A stretch of DNA of 64,000 bases from the NCBI GenBank assembly GCA_965232515.1, contig CBDDPY010000002.1, positions 6,304,001 through 6,368,000 of the forward strand. Reading direction: 5' to 3'. The notes below the pieces were generated by a model. It was not told the DNA's origin. It was given only the letters and a program-made list of their open reading frames with translations, and made no database searches. A program made the position numbers and the translations under genes. Positions 20,601 through 29,727 of the stretch are shown here, one piece after another (the stretch's first letter is position 1; every line of letters starts with the position of its first letter). The stretch is from Alphaproteobacteria bacterium. GTDB lineage: Bacteria; Pseudomonadota; Alphaproteobacteria; GCA-2731375.

Positions 20601-21101
20601 TTGTTCAAGCTCATGGCCTACAAGGACGAGTACGAAGTGGCGCGGCTCTACACCACGGGCGAATTCGCGGCCAAGCTGCGCCAGCAGTTCGAGGGCGACG
20701 TCAGGCTAACGTTCCACCTGGCCCCGCCGTTGATGACGAACCGGGACCCCGAGACCGGCGAATTGCAGAAGCGCGAATACGGCCCCTGGATCCTGACGGC
20801 CTTCAAGTTCCTGGCGAAGCTCAAGGGCTTGCGCGGCGGCCCGTTCGATATCTTCGGTCGTACCGAGGAACGCCGGACAGAACGTCGGTTGATCGAAGAC
20901 TACATGACCACCGTCGAAACGCTGCTCGCGGGCCTGGACCACGACAACCACATGCTGGCGGTCAACATCGCCGCCTTGCCCGACAAGATCCGGGGCTTCG
21001 GCCATGTCAAGGAAAGGAACCTGCAGGCGGTCGAGGCCGAGGAGGCGCAGCTGCTGAACGAATTCAGGCAGCCGGCGGCACGGGCGAGCGCGGCGGAATA
21101 G
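17619..21101 (+). CDS. Indolepyruvate:ferredoxin oxidoreductase family protein (fused alpha-beta)
   Basis: SGYRGSPLGG, WYGKGPGVDR, FCSGCPHN, GDGTY..NDAVAMTGGQ (TPP), CEGCGDC (4Fe-4S), GIGGTG, YKDEYEVARL. Confidence 0.95.
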   Translation: MALAQVSLDDKYTLSSGRVFLTGLQALVRLPMMQRQRDDAAGLNTAGFISGYRGSPLGGYDAALWQASRFLKSNHIHFQPGVNEDLAATSVWGSQQINLWPGAKYDGVFGIWYGKGPGVDRSGDVLKHGNVAGAAANGGVLVIAGDDHGCKSSTLPHQSEPAFMAASMPVINPAGVQEYIDLGLYGFALSRFSGCWVGFKAVGDTVESTAAISIDPLRIKVQLPDVEMPPGGLNIRYPDEPMAQEDRLLNWKLPAAKAFVRANGLDRVVIDAPKPRLGIVTTGKAYLDVRQALDELGIGPAQAAEMGLRLYKVAMTWPLEPEGALAFASGLEDILVVEEKRPILEDQLKKLLYNRSDMPRMIVGKLDEEGRPLLPEAGELTPGMVAEAIVGRLRRYHDRPEFEQRLARMEQIEKQARGAAPSMMRTPYFCSGCPHNTSTNVPEGSRAMAGIGCHGMTIWMPERRTQTITHMGGEGVNWIGQAPFTSTKHVFQNLGDGTYFHSGLMAIRAAAAAGVNITYKILYNDAVAMTGGQPVEGSITPDEISRQVAAEGVSKVVVVSDEPDKYPVGTNWASGVTVWHRDDLDSVQRDLRETPGVTVLIYDQTCAAEKRRRRKRGTFPDPDKRVFINDLVCEGCGDCSVKSNCVSVQPLDTEWGRKRQIDQSNCNKDFSCVKGFCPSFVTVHGGKPRRAKSAGPATVADDLFADLPMPAVPPASEPYGILVTGIGGTGVVTIGALLGMAAHIEGKGVSVLDMAGLAQKNGAVTSHIRIADDPDDLHAVRIAAGGAQLLLGCDIVVAAGPDARARINEGVTSAVVNSHVVPTASFVGNADQDMSARLMIDLLRDATGEQRSHFVNATRLATALLGDSIATNLFMLGYAFQKGLVPLSADAIMQAIELNNVAVEANKRAFGWGRLAAHDLPRVEAAAGPTVRAAESPTFARTLDEIVAKRVAFLTDYQDAAYAQRYAAFVERVGAVEAERAKGLDGLAEAVARNLFKLMAYKDEYEVARLYTTGEFAAKLRQQFEGDVRLTFHLAPPLMTNRDPETGELQKREYGPWILTAFKFLAKLKGLRGGPFDIFGRTEERRTERRLIEDYMTTVETLLAGLDHDNHMLAVNIAALPDKIRGFGHVKERNLQAVEAEEAQLLNEFRQPAARASAAE

Positions 21102-21179
21102 GCGCGACAGACACCAGCCGCCTCGACAGTGGGGGCGGCCGCTGGTTACGATGGGTTGAACCATCCGGGACATTGACCC

Positions 21180-21662
21180 ATGGGCCTGCTCAAGACACTG
21201 CTGCATCCCGATCACGAGGACGATCCGGACCGTGGCCAGATCTCGCATGCCGCCAACCTGCTGCAGGTGGGCGAGTTCCAGTTTTTGCAATTGGCGTTTG
21301 TCGAGTGGCACGGCCGGGAAATGACCAAGGCCGAGAGTGACGCGGCGTTCGATAGTTTCATGCTGCGCGGACAGGCGCCGGCGTGGCTGCGTAGCTACGC
21401 CCGCAAGATCATCGACATGGAAGAGCGCGGCGAGCTTGAGATCAACAATCGCCGCTATCACCGTTACGACAACGAATATTTCTCGACCGTGCTGCCCAAT
21501 GGGGTGCGCCGATTTATCGTCGCGGTCACGATCGTCACCGGCGTGCTCGGCGGCGGCATCGCCATGGCGAGCTACACGGTCAGCCACACCGGCAAGTGCA
21601 TCGATATGCTGCCGCCCTGCATGACCGAAGCGGAACTGCCGTCGTCCCAAGCGAAGGACTGA
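21180..21662 (+). CDS. Hypothetical membrane-anchored protein
   Basis: 160 aa, host-like codon usage, one C-terminal TM followed by a CIDMLPPC Cys pair. Confidence 0.7.
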   Translation: MGLLKTLLHPDHEDDPDRGQISHAANLLQVGEFQFLQLAFVEWHGREMTKAESDAAFDSFMLRGQAPAWLRSYARKIIDMEERGELEINNRRYHRYDNEYFSTVLPNGVRRFIVAVTIVTGVLGGGIAMASYTVSHTGKCIDMLPPCMTEAELPSSQAKD

Positions 21663-21679
21663 TCCGGTCGGCCGCTCGC

Positions 21680-21883
21680 ATGCTGGGCATACCGGAAGAG
21701 TACGAGACCCTCGTCAACATCGTCTTTCTGATCGCCACGGGCGCGATCGCGTGGCACGGCATCCGCTATCGCGACCAGGACGGCAATTCGGACACGGTGC
21801 GGCTGTTATTCGGCTGCATCGCCGCCGTGTTCTTCTTCCTGGTGCTGTTTCAGGACGTGCTGGGGATCGCGACGTTCGGATAG
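21680..21883 (+). CDS. Small two-TM hypothetical protein (67 aa)
   Basis: Two hydrophobic helices separated by RYRDQDGNSD; fills the gap between flanking genes. Confidence 0.65.
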   Translation: MLGIPEEYETLVNIVFLIATGAIAWHGIRYRDQDGNSDTVRLLFGCIAAVFFFLVLFQDVLGIATFG

Positions 21884-21886
21884 GGA

Positions 21887-22501
21887 CTACGGCTTGTACA
21901 TGCGTTGCTTGGCGTCCAGTTCCGGGATGCGCATGATCCGCTCGCTCTCTGGCTTCTGGAACTGCTCGTAAAGATATCTCGCTCGGTCGCGCACCGTATG
22001 CGGACGGGGATCGTGCACGATCTTGTCCACCAGCCCGGGTCCGTCGACGGCGTTGGCGTCAATTCGCAGCGCGGCAATATAGTCGTCGAAGGCCTGCCGG
22101 TAGCGGGCTTCGCGATCGTGCACATTGCCGCGGTTCGCATAGGCCACCGACAGCGATCGCCTGATAAATGAGTCTTTCGGATCTTCGGCCAGCCGTTCTT
22201 CCAGCAAATCGATGATGTAGGTCAACTCGGCAATGGCGTCAGTGTAGCGCTCGAGTTGGATCAGGGCGATCGATCGGCCCATCAGGCCGCCCAGATGATC
22301 GGAGCTTTGCCGCAGCGCCTGATTGAACCAGTCCAGCGCCTCGTCAAACTTGCCGTCCGACAGCATCATGTCGCCCTTTTCCGCCTCGTAGTCGCCGGGC
22401 GGCCGGTCGATGACCGAACTGTAGAAATAGAAGGCCGTAAACCCGACCAGCGTCGCGATGAACATCAGCGATATGAAGCGCTTGAGAACGGCGGGGTTCA
22501 T
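21887..22501 (-). CDS. Membrane-anchored TPR protein
   Basis: N-terminal TM, then TPR-like units (GDMMLSDGKFDEALDWFNQAL, AYANRGNVHDREARYRQAFDDY); ATGA overlap with the upstream gene. Confidence 0.8.
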   Translation of the reverse strand: MNPAVLKRFISLMFIATLVGFTAFYFYSSVIDRPPGDYEAEKGDMMLSDGKFDEALDWFNQALRQSSDHLGGLMGRSIALIQLERYTDAIAELTYIIDLLEERLAEDPKDSFIRRSLSVAYANRGNVHDREARYRQAFDDYIAALRIDANAVDGPGLVDKIVHDPRPHTVRDRARYLYEQFQKPESERIMRIPELDAKQRMYKP

Positions 22502-22743
22502 GGCGTGTCCCGGAACAGCCATTGCGTATAGAACACCGCAAACAGCAGGCAGATAAGGCCGCCGGTCACGCTCGCCCGCCGCTTCAGGCGTCCACGCTCG
22601 GCGTCGTCCAGCCGCTCGCCCGATTTGGCCTCGCCGCGGCGCACATACAGCACCCAGATCAGATTGCGAACGGGCACGAACAGCGCGAGGCCGAGGGCTG
22701 CCGCCCAGAGCATCCAATAGTCCTGCGAGAACAGAGACGTCAT
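22498..22743 (-). CDS. Small two-TM membrane protein (81 aa)
   Basis: Two TM helices flanking a basic loop; translationally coupled to the TPR gene. Confidence 0.7.
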   Translation of the reverse strand: MTSLFSQDYWMLWAAALGLALFVPVRNLIWVLYVRRGEAKSGERLDDAERGRLKRRASVTGGLICLLFAVFYTQWLFRDTP

Positions 22744-22782
22744 CGTCAGGTCATCCGTGTCCGAGACGGCGAGGACGCTAGC

Positions 22783-22815
22783 AAGAAAAGAGGGGAGGGC
22801 AAAGGCCCTCCCCTC
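22783..22815 (-). terminator. Intrinsic terminator downstream of the SSS transporter
   Basis: Perfect 11-bp stem GAGGGGAGGGC/GCCCTCCCCTC with 4-nt loop, followed by TTTTCTT on the minus strand. Confidence 0.8.
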
Positions 22816-22849
22816 AACAGACGCGACATCAGAACATGTTCGCCGCCGG

Positions 22850-24814
22850 TCACTCCGCCGGTTGCGTGACGTCGCCGATATCTTCGGCCAGCACCTCGAT
22901 TTCCTTCTCGGGCACTGTCGACATTTCCATCTTGTAGGCCAGGAACCACATCATGGCCACGCCCAGCAGCCAGAACAGGATCTGCCAGGCCCAGATCGAC
23001 GGGATGCCGAAGGTCCAGCCTTCGACCCCGGCGTCCGGCGCGCCGAAAATGTCGTTGCCGATCACGGCGCCCGGGCCGATGCCGAAGAACAGCCAGGCGA
23101 TGGTGACGATCCAAGCCACCGGTACCAGCTTCTTCTTATCGGCCGACAGGCCCGCATGCTCACGCAGGAACTCGTGATACTTCATGCGGTGCGACATCGC
23201 CTCGTTGCTCTGGGTCATCGCCGAGACGATCACGCAGACGACGAGGTTGAACATGATACCCCAACCGGCCGAATGCATGGTCCACGGCCACCGGCCCCAG
23301 GGCAGCTCGAAGCCGAAGAAGGCCGCGATGCTGAGGCCGAAGTTCTCGGTGAAAATCACCGCCAGCAGACCGAACACCAGACCCCAGGTCGCACCCTGTC
23401 GGGTGATCCACGGGAACCAGCAGACGGCGGCCAGCGATGGCCACATCTGGAACCCGAAGGCCACGGCCAGACCGCCCAGCAGGACAATGGCGTCGGTCGA
23501 GATCGTAGCGACGGTCAAAGCCGCCAGCACGATAAAGGCGACGCCAATGCGGCCGAACAGCTTCTGCGTGACGTGCGACGCTGTCGGGTTCAGATACTTC
23601 TTGTAAAGATCGCGCGTCAGCATGCCGCCGGCGGTGGACATATAGGCCGCCCCCGTCGACTGCATGGCCGCCAGCGCACAGACCGCCAACAGGCCCATCA
23701 GCCAGGGCGCGGCATCCGCGATCTGGTTGATGTAGAACGGCACGATCTTGTTCGGCACGGCCGAGATCTGCTCGGGATCGAGCACCTGCGCGATGGACAT
23801 TCCGGCCGCGTTCACGTCGGCGTTGGCGCCGAGAAGATTGCCGCCCATGCCCTGCGCCGCGGTGAAGAAGAACAGGATCAGGCCGATGCCAAGCGAGGAG
23901 GCCCAGACCTGCTGCGGCGCGAACGGCGTTGGGTCGGTATTGGAGAACGCCCACATAGAGAACGCCGGCGAGGACTGAATGCCCATCAACGCGAACATGT
24001 AGGTCAGCACCATAATGCCGGTCCATGGACCGCCGATCGCCTGGGCGCCGGCTGGCACGAACTGGATCACGCCGGGAATGGCGAAATAGGCGTTGTAGTC
24101 GCCGCCGCCATAACCTTGCGTCGTGCCCCATTTGCCGATGTCGGTCTTGGCCAGTTCGGCCAAGCCGGCATTCAATGCGCCCCAGCCGCCGGCAAGGTTG
24201 TAGGCAATGAAGCCGATCACGACGATGCCGAAGGCCAGCAGAATGCACTGCAGCGTGTCCACGTAAGCCACGGCGCGAAGCCCGCCGGAGGCCACATAGA
24301 TCAGCACCACCAGCGATAGCACCCACATGCCGAAGGTCTGATTGACAAAGCCGTCGGTCAGCACGTTGAACAGCGAACCCGAAGCCGCGAGCTGCAGGCC
24401 GAGATACGGGATCGAGAACAGCAGCGCGACGATCACCACCAGGATGCGGATAAAGTCGCCCTGGAAGTAGTCGGACAGCATCTCGCCCGGCGTGACATAG
24501 CCGAAACGCTTGCCCAGCATCCATTGGCGCTTGAGGAACATGACGCCGGTGAACGGAATGGTGATCGTGTAGAACGACGCGTAGGCGTACTGGAAGCCGT
24601 CGCGATAGATCAGCCCTGGATGGCCCATGAAGGTCCACCCTGAGAACGACGTCGCCGTCGCCGCCAGCACGAACACCCAGATCGACAACCGGCGGCCGGC
24701 AATGAAATAGTCGGACGCCGTCTTTGCCGTCATGGCGCCCCGGATGCCCCAATAGATGCAGTAAACCCAATACAGGGCAACAAAGGCGAATAACCAGACT
24801 ACCTTCGCTTCCAT
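22850..24814 (-). CDS. Sodium:solute symporter (SSS) family transporter, probably monocarboxylate/acetate
   Basis: SDYFIAGR, ATSFSGWTFMG, YVASGGLRAVAYVD, AAMQST; GGAGG RBS; substrate inferred from context. Confidence 0.92.
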   Translation of the reverse strand: MEAKVVWLFAFVALYWVYCIYWGIRGAMTAKTASDYFIAGRRLSIWVFVLAATATSFSGWTFMGHPGLIYRDGFQYAYASFYTITIPFTGVMFLKRQWMLGKRFGYVTPGEMLSDYFQGDFIRILVVIVALLFSIPYLGLQLAASGSLFNVLTDGFVNQTFGMWVLSLVVLIYVASGGLRAVAYVDTLQCILLAFGIVVIGFIAYNLAGGWGALNAGLAELAKTDIGKWGTTQGYGGGDYNAYFAIPGVIQFVPAGAQAIGGPWTGIMVLTYMFALMGIQSSPAFSMWAFSNTDPTPFAPQQVWASSLGIGLILFFFTAAQGMGGNLLGANADVNAAGMSIAQVLDPEQISAVPNKIVPFYINQIADAAPWLMGLLAVCALAAMQSTGAAYMSTAGGMLTRDLYKKYLNPTASHVTQKLFGRIGVAFIVLAALTVATISTDAIVLLGGLAVAFGFQMWPSLAAVCWFPWITRQGATWGLVFGLLAVIFTENFGLSIAAFFGFELPWGRWPWTMHSAGWGIMFNLVVCVIVSAMTQSNEAMSHRMKYHEFLREHAGLSADKKKLVPVAWIVTIAWLFFGIGPGAVIGNDIFGAPDAGVEGWTFGIPSIWAWQILFWLLGVAMMWFLAYKMEMSTVPEKEIEVLAEDIGDVTQPAE

Positions 24815-25189
24815 GATCTAACTCCCTCCTGTGTGGAGGCCCGTCGTCATACGGATTGCGACGGGTCCCGCAGAAAAGCAGTCGCGCCAGCGTGCGGCTG
24901 GCGCCATGGCGCAAGGCTGCGGCCGCCGGGAACCAATCCCGCCGGAGCAATCGAAACACTGGTTTGCCGCAACCACGTGACGCCCACTCCCCTTGGTGGC
25001 GCCGGTTCGATCCCGGCGACGCCCAAACCGTGAGGTCCGGGAGTTCGCCGACCGGGACCGGCATTGCCCTCATTTTCTCGTCGTGACGAACTTCGCCACG
25101 ACGGTCGACGTTGGGTCGCACCTTGTCGCCGGCGCGATCCCGCGGGCCGAGGGCGATCTTAATCGCCATCGATTCGCGCAGGCGAATTG

Positions 25190-25288
25190 TTCACATATTA
25201 TGGAAAACCGTCAATAACATATTGAATCAAAAGAAAATTCTTGTAAATTAATTTATTGGAATTCTGGTTAATATTGTAAATATGTGAA
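25190..25288. promoter_or_regulatory. AT-rich divergent control region with candidate ScfR operator elements
   Basis: AT island bounded by inverted repeat TTCACATATT (25190-25199)/AATATGTGAA (25279-25288); TTGTAAA twice (25241, 25274). Confidence 0.55.
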
Positions 25289-25319
25289 TGCCTCGATTGT
25301 CGATGGGAAGGGGCAGGGA

Positions 25320-26951
25320 ATGGCGGCTAGCACCTTGATGGGAAACAAGATTCGCGAGCGTCGCCGAGAGCTGGAGATTTCTCAGCGGGAGCTCGCGCAA
25401 CGCGTCGGCATCTCACCGAGCTATATGAACCTGATCGAGAACGACCGCCGGTCGGCCACCGCCGTGCTGCAGGTCGAGATCGCCCGGGCGCTGGATGTCG
25501 ATGTGAAGACGTTTGCCGAGGACGCCGAGGCGATCGTCGCGGCTGACCTGGTCGAAGCGTTTTCCGACCCGCTTTTCGATTCCGTCCCGGCGGGCGAGTC
25601 TGAGCTTCGGCAGCTGGCGTTGCGTCATCCGGCGGTGGGCGGCGCGATGCTGGCGCTCTATCGCGCCTACCGAAACAATCTCGATGAACTCGCCGCCATC
25701 TCCGAACGGCTGTCTGATGATCAATATCTGGACGATGCCGATTTCGAATTTCGCTCGTTGTTGACGACTGTCCGGTCTTCATCCGAGATCCTGCGTGACA
25801 ATGCCGACATGCCGCTGGAACAACGGCAGCAATTCGTCGATGTGATCCTGAAGGACAGCGAGCGTCTGTCGCCGGTGATCGATCGACTCCTGGGGCGGGC
25901 GACCGCGGGCCAGTACCGGGACGTGGGCGTCGCGCGCTCGGCCGCGGACGAGGTCGCCGACGCGTTTCAGTCCTGGAACAACTATCTGGCCGTCCTGGAA
26001 GACGCCGCTGAAGCGCTGGTGCCGACGTTGGGTTCTGCCGGTCATGCAAGCCATCCCGGACTGATTGCGTATCTACATGACGCCCATCGCGTAACTGTGG
26101 AAATTGTCGGTGCCGGCGAGCTTGGCGGCGCGGTTCGGTTTTTTTCGCCTACGTCGAAACGGCTGATGCTCTCGGACGAGCTGAGCCACGGCAGCCAGAC
26201 ATTTCAGTTGGCTGTACAGATCGGGTTGCTGGAACTGCAGCCGGCGTTCGACGAGATCATTTCCGAAGCGACCTTCAGCGGCGAGGCGAGCCGTGTATTG
26301 TGTCGTATCGCGCTGGCGAACTACTTCGCGGCGGCTCTGTTGATGCCCTACGGTTCGTTTCTGGCTGCCGCGCGGGAGTTGCGCTACGACATCGACCGGC
26401 TGCGGAGCCGCTACGGCGTCAGTTTCGAGCAGGCCTGTCACCGGCTGACGACGCTGCAGCGACCGGGCGACAGCGGCGTCCCGTTTCATCTGATCCGCGT
26501 CGATATCGCCGGCAATATTTCGTTGCGGTTCAGCGCCTCGGGCATACGCATCCCGCGTTACGGCGGTGCCTGTCCCCGCTGGAACGTGCATGCTGCGTTT
26601 TTGACGCCGGGTGAAATTGTGACCCAGCTTGGCGTGATGCCCGATGGCCGGACCTTCTTCACCGTTGCCCAAACGGTCAGCAAAGGCGGCGCGTTCGGCG
26701 CGCCGCGCAGTCACCTGTCGATCGCCCTTGGCTGCGATGCGAGCCATGCCGACCAGCTTGTCTATGCCGACGGTGTGGACCTTCAGGACCTCGAACGCGC
26801 AATGCCGGTCGGCGTCAGCTGCCGCATCTGCGAGCGGCTGGATTGCCGACAACGGGCGTTTACGCCGATCAGCCATCGGCTCGAACTGGACACGAATCTG
26901 CGCGGGCCGTCGGTGCACGCCACGTTCCCCGTGCCGCTCGATACCGATTGA
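25320..26951 (+). CDS. ScfR/RamB/PrpR-family XRE regulator with inserted HisKA-like segment
   Basis: N-terminal XRE HTH (SQRELAQRVGISPSYMNLIENDRR), NYFAAALLMPY, SFEQACHRLTTLQRPG, RVDIAGNIS, GGACPRW, CRICERLDCRQRAF. Confidence 0.93.
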   Translation: MAASTLMGNKIRERRRELEISQRELAQRVGISPSYMNLIENDRRSATAVLQVEIARALDVDVKTFAEDAEAIVAADLVEAFSDPLFDSVPAGESELRQLALRHPAVGGAMLALYRAYRNNLDELAAISERLSDDQYLDDADFEFRSLLTTVRSSSEILRDNADMPLEQRQQFVDVILKDSERLSPVIDRLLGRATAGQYRDVGVARSAADEVADAFQSWNNYLAVLEDAAEALVPTLGSAGHASHPGLIAYLHDAHRVTVEIVGAGELGGAVRFFSPTSKRLMLSDELSHGSQTFQLAVQIGLLELQPAFDEIISEATFSGEASRVLCRIALANYFAAALLMPYGSFLAAARELRYDIDRLRSRYGVSFEQACHRLTTLQRPGDSGVPFHLIRVDIAGNISLRFSASGIRIPRYGGACPRWNVHAAFLTPGEIVTQLGVMPDGRTFFTVAQTVSKGGAFGAPRSHLSIALGCDASHADQLVYADGVDLQDLERAMPVGVSCRICERLDCRQRAFTPISHRLELDTNLRGPSVHATFPVPLDTD

Positions 26952-26960
26952 GGGAGTGGG

Positions 26961-29723
26961 TTATTCGGCGGCCGCGCGGGCGTCCGACACCCGCGACGTC
27001 AGCGGGATCGCGAACGAAAAAGTGGCGCCGACGCCGGGACGGCTCTCGACCCAGATGTCGCCGCCTAAGTAGTCCAGAATTTCCCGACAGATAGCGAGCC
27101 CCAGGCCGCTGCCCATGGGCTTCTCCGTCAATGTATCGCCGCCCTGGCGGAACTTATCGAAAATCGTTTGCTTGTCCTTAGGCGCAATACCGGGACCGTT
27201 GTCGGTGACGTCGACCCGGATGCGCTCGGCCTCCGCCGTAAGGCGGATGCGCGCCCAGCCGTCCTTGTCGGGCACGAACTTCACGGCATTCGACAACAGG
27301 TTGATCATCACCTGCATGACCCGGTCCCGGTCGGCGGGTGCCGGCGGCAAGGTTTCCGGCGCCTCGACAACAAGCTCGACAGATTTCTCCCGGAACAATT
27401 GTCCGGTTGCCGCCACGGCCTCATCCAAGACCTGCCGCAGGTCGAGCGGTTCTATCCGCCACTCGGCCTGCCCGGCCTCCAACCGGGCCAGGTCGAGCAC
27501 CTGGTTGATCAGGCGGGTCAGCCGCTCGCTCTCGCGGATGATGATGGTCAGGAACTCGCGTCGTTTCTCGGCGTCGAGATCAGGATCATCGAACAGAATC
27601 TCCGAGAACGAGCGGATCGAGGTCAACGGTGTTCGCAGTTCATGCGTAATGGTGCTGAGGAAGCTGTCCTTCAGGCGGTCAAGCTCCTTCAGCCGGTCAT
27701 TCGCCTCGCGCAGCTCGTTTGTCGCCTGCTCGAGCTGCCAGGACTTCTCCTCCAGCTGACGGCTGTATTGAATGACCTGAGAGGCCTCGTCCAGGATCTC
27801 CATGACCTCGCCGATGCCGAGCGGCTCCTCGGCGACGACGGACGAGACCATCACCCTGGCCGACGCCGCCCCGATCGAGCCCGCCAGCATCCGTTCGGCG
27901 AAGTTCACCAGGCTGGCATCGGCATGCTGCATGGCCGCCAGATCGACGCCGCGGCCGGTCGCGTAGTTGGTGAAGGCCTGGTCGGCGCGATCTCTGCCGA
28001 CGAAACGGGCGACGAGCGCATGCAGATCGTCGATGCTGGCCGTGCCGCGCCAGAACTGCGGTCCGCCGTCCTTGGCCGAGTGCTGGAACACGTCGACGAA
28101 CAGGATGGCCTGCGTTCTCTCGAGCGCAGACTGGCGGCTGGCCATCGAAACACCGACATACAGGCCGATATTGGCCAACAGGCTCCAGAACAGCGAATGT
28201 GTGATGCCATCGAGGCCGCCGAGGCCGAACAGCGCGTAGGGACGCAGCAGCTCGATACCCAGCGGGCCGTCGGTCAAGAAGCTCTGTGGCAGCCAGCCGG
28301 ATTGCGCGAAGGCCGGCAGTAGCAGCGTATAGGTCCAGACGACGAAGCCGCCCAGCAGCCCGGCCAACGCGCCGAGTCGGCTGCCGCCTGACCAGTAGAT
28401 GCCGCCCAGGATGACAGGGGCGAATTGGGCCGCGGCGGCGAACGACACCAGGCCGATGGTGACCAGCGCGTAGGATTCGCCGATGCGCCGAAAATAGATG
28501 TACCCCAGCAGCACGATCACGGCGATGCTGACGCGGCGGATCGTCAGCAGCAGCGGGCCGAGTTCTTCCCGTTCAGACAGCCGCAGCCGGCGGATGCGCA
28601 ACAGGATCGGCATCACCAGGTCGTTACAGACCATGGTGCTGAGCGCGATCGTGGCGACGATCACCATCGCGGTCGCCGCCGACAGGCCGCCGATGAAGAC
28701 CAGCAGCGCCAGGAACTGCTGCTGCTCGGCCATGGGCAACGTCAGCACGAAGGTGTCGGCATCGACCTCGCCACCGGGGAAGCGCATGAGCCCGCCGAAA
28801 GCGATCGGCAGCACGAAGATGTTGATCACCAGCAGATAGAGCGGGAACAGCCACATGGCCGTCCGCAGGTGATCCTCGCTCTTGTTCTCGATCACCGCGA
28901 CCTGGAACTGCCGCGGCAGGAACATGATCGCCATCATCGACAGCAGCGTCAGCGAGGCCCAGCCGCCGTACTCGCGTGGCCCGCCATCGAACGTGAACAG
29001 GCTGGCGATTCGAGGCGACTCGGCGGCCCGCGCGAACAGGTCGCCGAAGCCGTCGTAGATCCCGTAGGTGACGAAGATGCCGACGGCCAGAAACGCGATC
29101 AGCTTGACCACCGACTCGATGGCGACGGCCGCGACCATGCCCTCATGATGTTCCGTCGCATCGATATGGCGTGTGCCGAACAGAATGGCGAAGGCGGCGA
29201 GCAGCAGGGCGATGTAGAAGGCGCTGTCGCGCGGGAACGCGATATCGCCGATCTGCGTCGGCATGACGATGTCGGGATACTGCAGCAGGATCAGGAAGCT
29301 CGTCGACACCGCTTTCAGCTGCAGCGCGATATACGGCATGATCCCCACCACGGCGATGATCGTCACCAGGCCGCCCAGCAACGGGTCCTTGCCGTAGCGC
29401 GACGAGACGAAGTCGGCGATCGAGGTGATCCGATGCACCTTGCTGATGCGGATGATCTTGCGCAGGACGATCAGCCAGACCATGGCCATCAGCGTCGGGC
29501 CGATATAGATCGGCAGGAAGCCGATGCCCGTGGTCGCCGCCCGCCCGACGCTGCCGTAGAACGTCCAGGCCGTGCAGTAAACGGCGATCGACAGCGTGTA
29601 GATATAAGGGTTGTTGATCAGGCTGTGGCCGCGGTCCGAGCGCCGGTCGCCCCAGGAGGCGACGGCGAACAGGACGCCGAGATAGACCAGCGCGACCAGC
29701 AGGATGACGGAACCCTGAAGCAC
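26961..29723 (-). CDS. SSS-domain-fused sensor histidine kinase (CrbS-like)
   Basis: SLC5-like membrane part (YCTAWTFYGSVG, PYIALQLKA, LPRQFQVAV), STAC-like AERMLAGSIGAASAR, H-box THELRTPL, NLLSNAVKF, DNGPG, GSGLGL. Confidence 0.95.
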   Translation of the reverse strand: MLQGSVILLVALVYLGVLFAVASWGDRRSDRGHSLINNPYIYTLSIAVYCTAWTFYGSVGRAATTGIGFLPIYIGPTLMAMVWLIVLRKIIRISKVHRITSIADFVSSRYGKDPLLGGLVTIIAVVGIMPYIALQLKAVSTSFLILLQYPDIVMPTQIGDIAFPRDSAFYIALLLAAFAILFGTRHIDATEHHEGMVAAVAIESVVKLIAFLAVGIFVTYGIYDGFGDLFARAAESPRIASLFTFDGGPREYGGWASLTLLSMMAIMFLPRQFQVAVIENKSEDHLRTAMWLFPLYLLVINIFVLPIAFGGLMRFPGGEVDADTFVLTLPMAEQQQFLALLVFIGGLSAATAMVIVATIALSTMVCNDLVMPILLRIRRLRLSEREELGPLLLTIRRVSIAVIVLLGYIYFRRIGESYALVTIGLVSFAAAAQFAPVILGGIYWSGGSRLGALAGLLGGFVVWTYTLLLPAFAQSGWLPQSFLTDGPLGIELLRPYALFGLGGLDGITHSLFWSLLANIGLYVGVSMASRQSALERTQAILFVDVFQHSAKDGGPQFWRGTASIDDLHALVARFVGRDRADQAFTNYATGRGVDLAAMQHADASLVNFAERMLAGSIGAASARVMVSSVVAEEPLGIGEVMEILDEASQVIQYSRQLEEKSWQLEQATNELREANDRLKELDRLKDSFLSTITHELRTPLTSIRSFSEILFDDPDLDAEKRREFLTIIIRESERLTRLINQVLDLARLEAGQAEWRIEPLDLRQVLDEAVAATGQLFREKSVELVVEAPETLPPAPADRDRVMQVMINLLSNAVKFVPDKDGWARIRLTAEAERIRVDVTDNGPGIAPKDKQTIFDKFRQGGDTLTEKPMGSGLGLAICREILDYLGGDIWVESRPGVGATFSFAIPLTSRVSDARAAAE

Positions 29724-29727
29724 GGGG

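Noticed and set aside
24833-25217. Short ORFs in the SSS-ScfR intergenic region
   Set aside because: No RBS or protein-like composition, and several overlap in conflicting frames.
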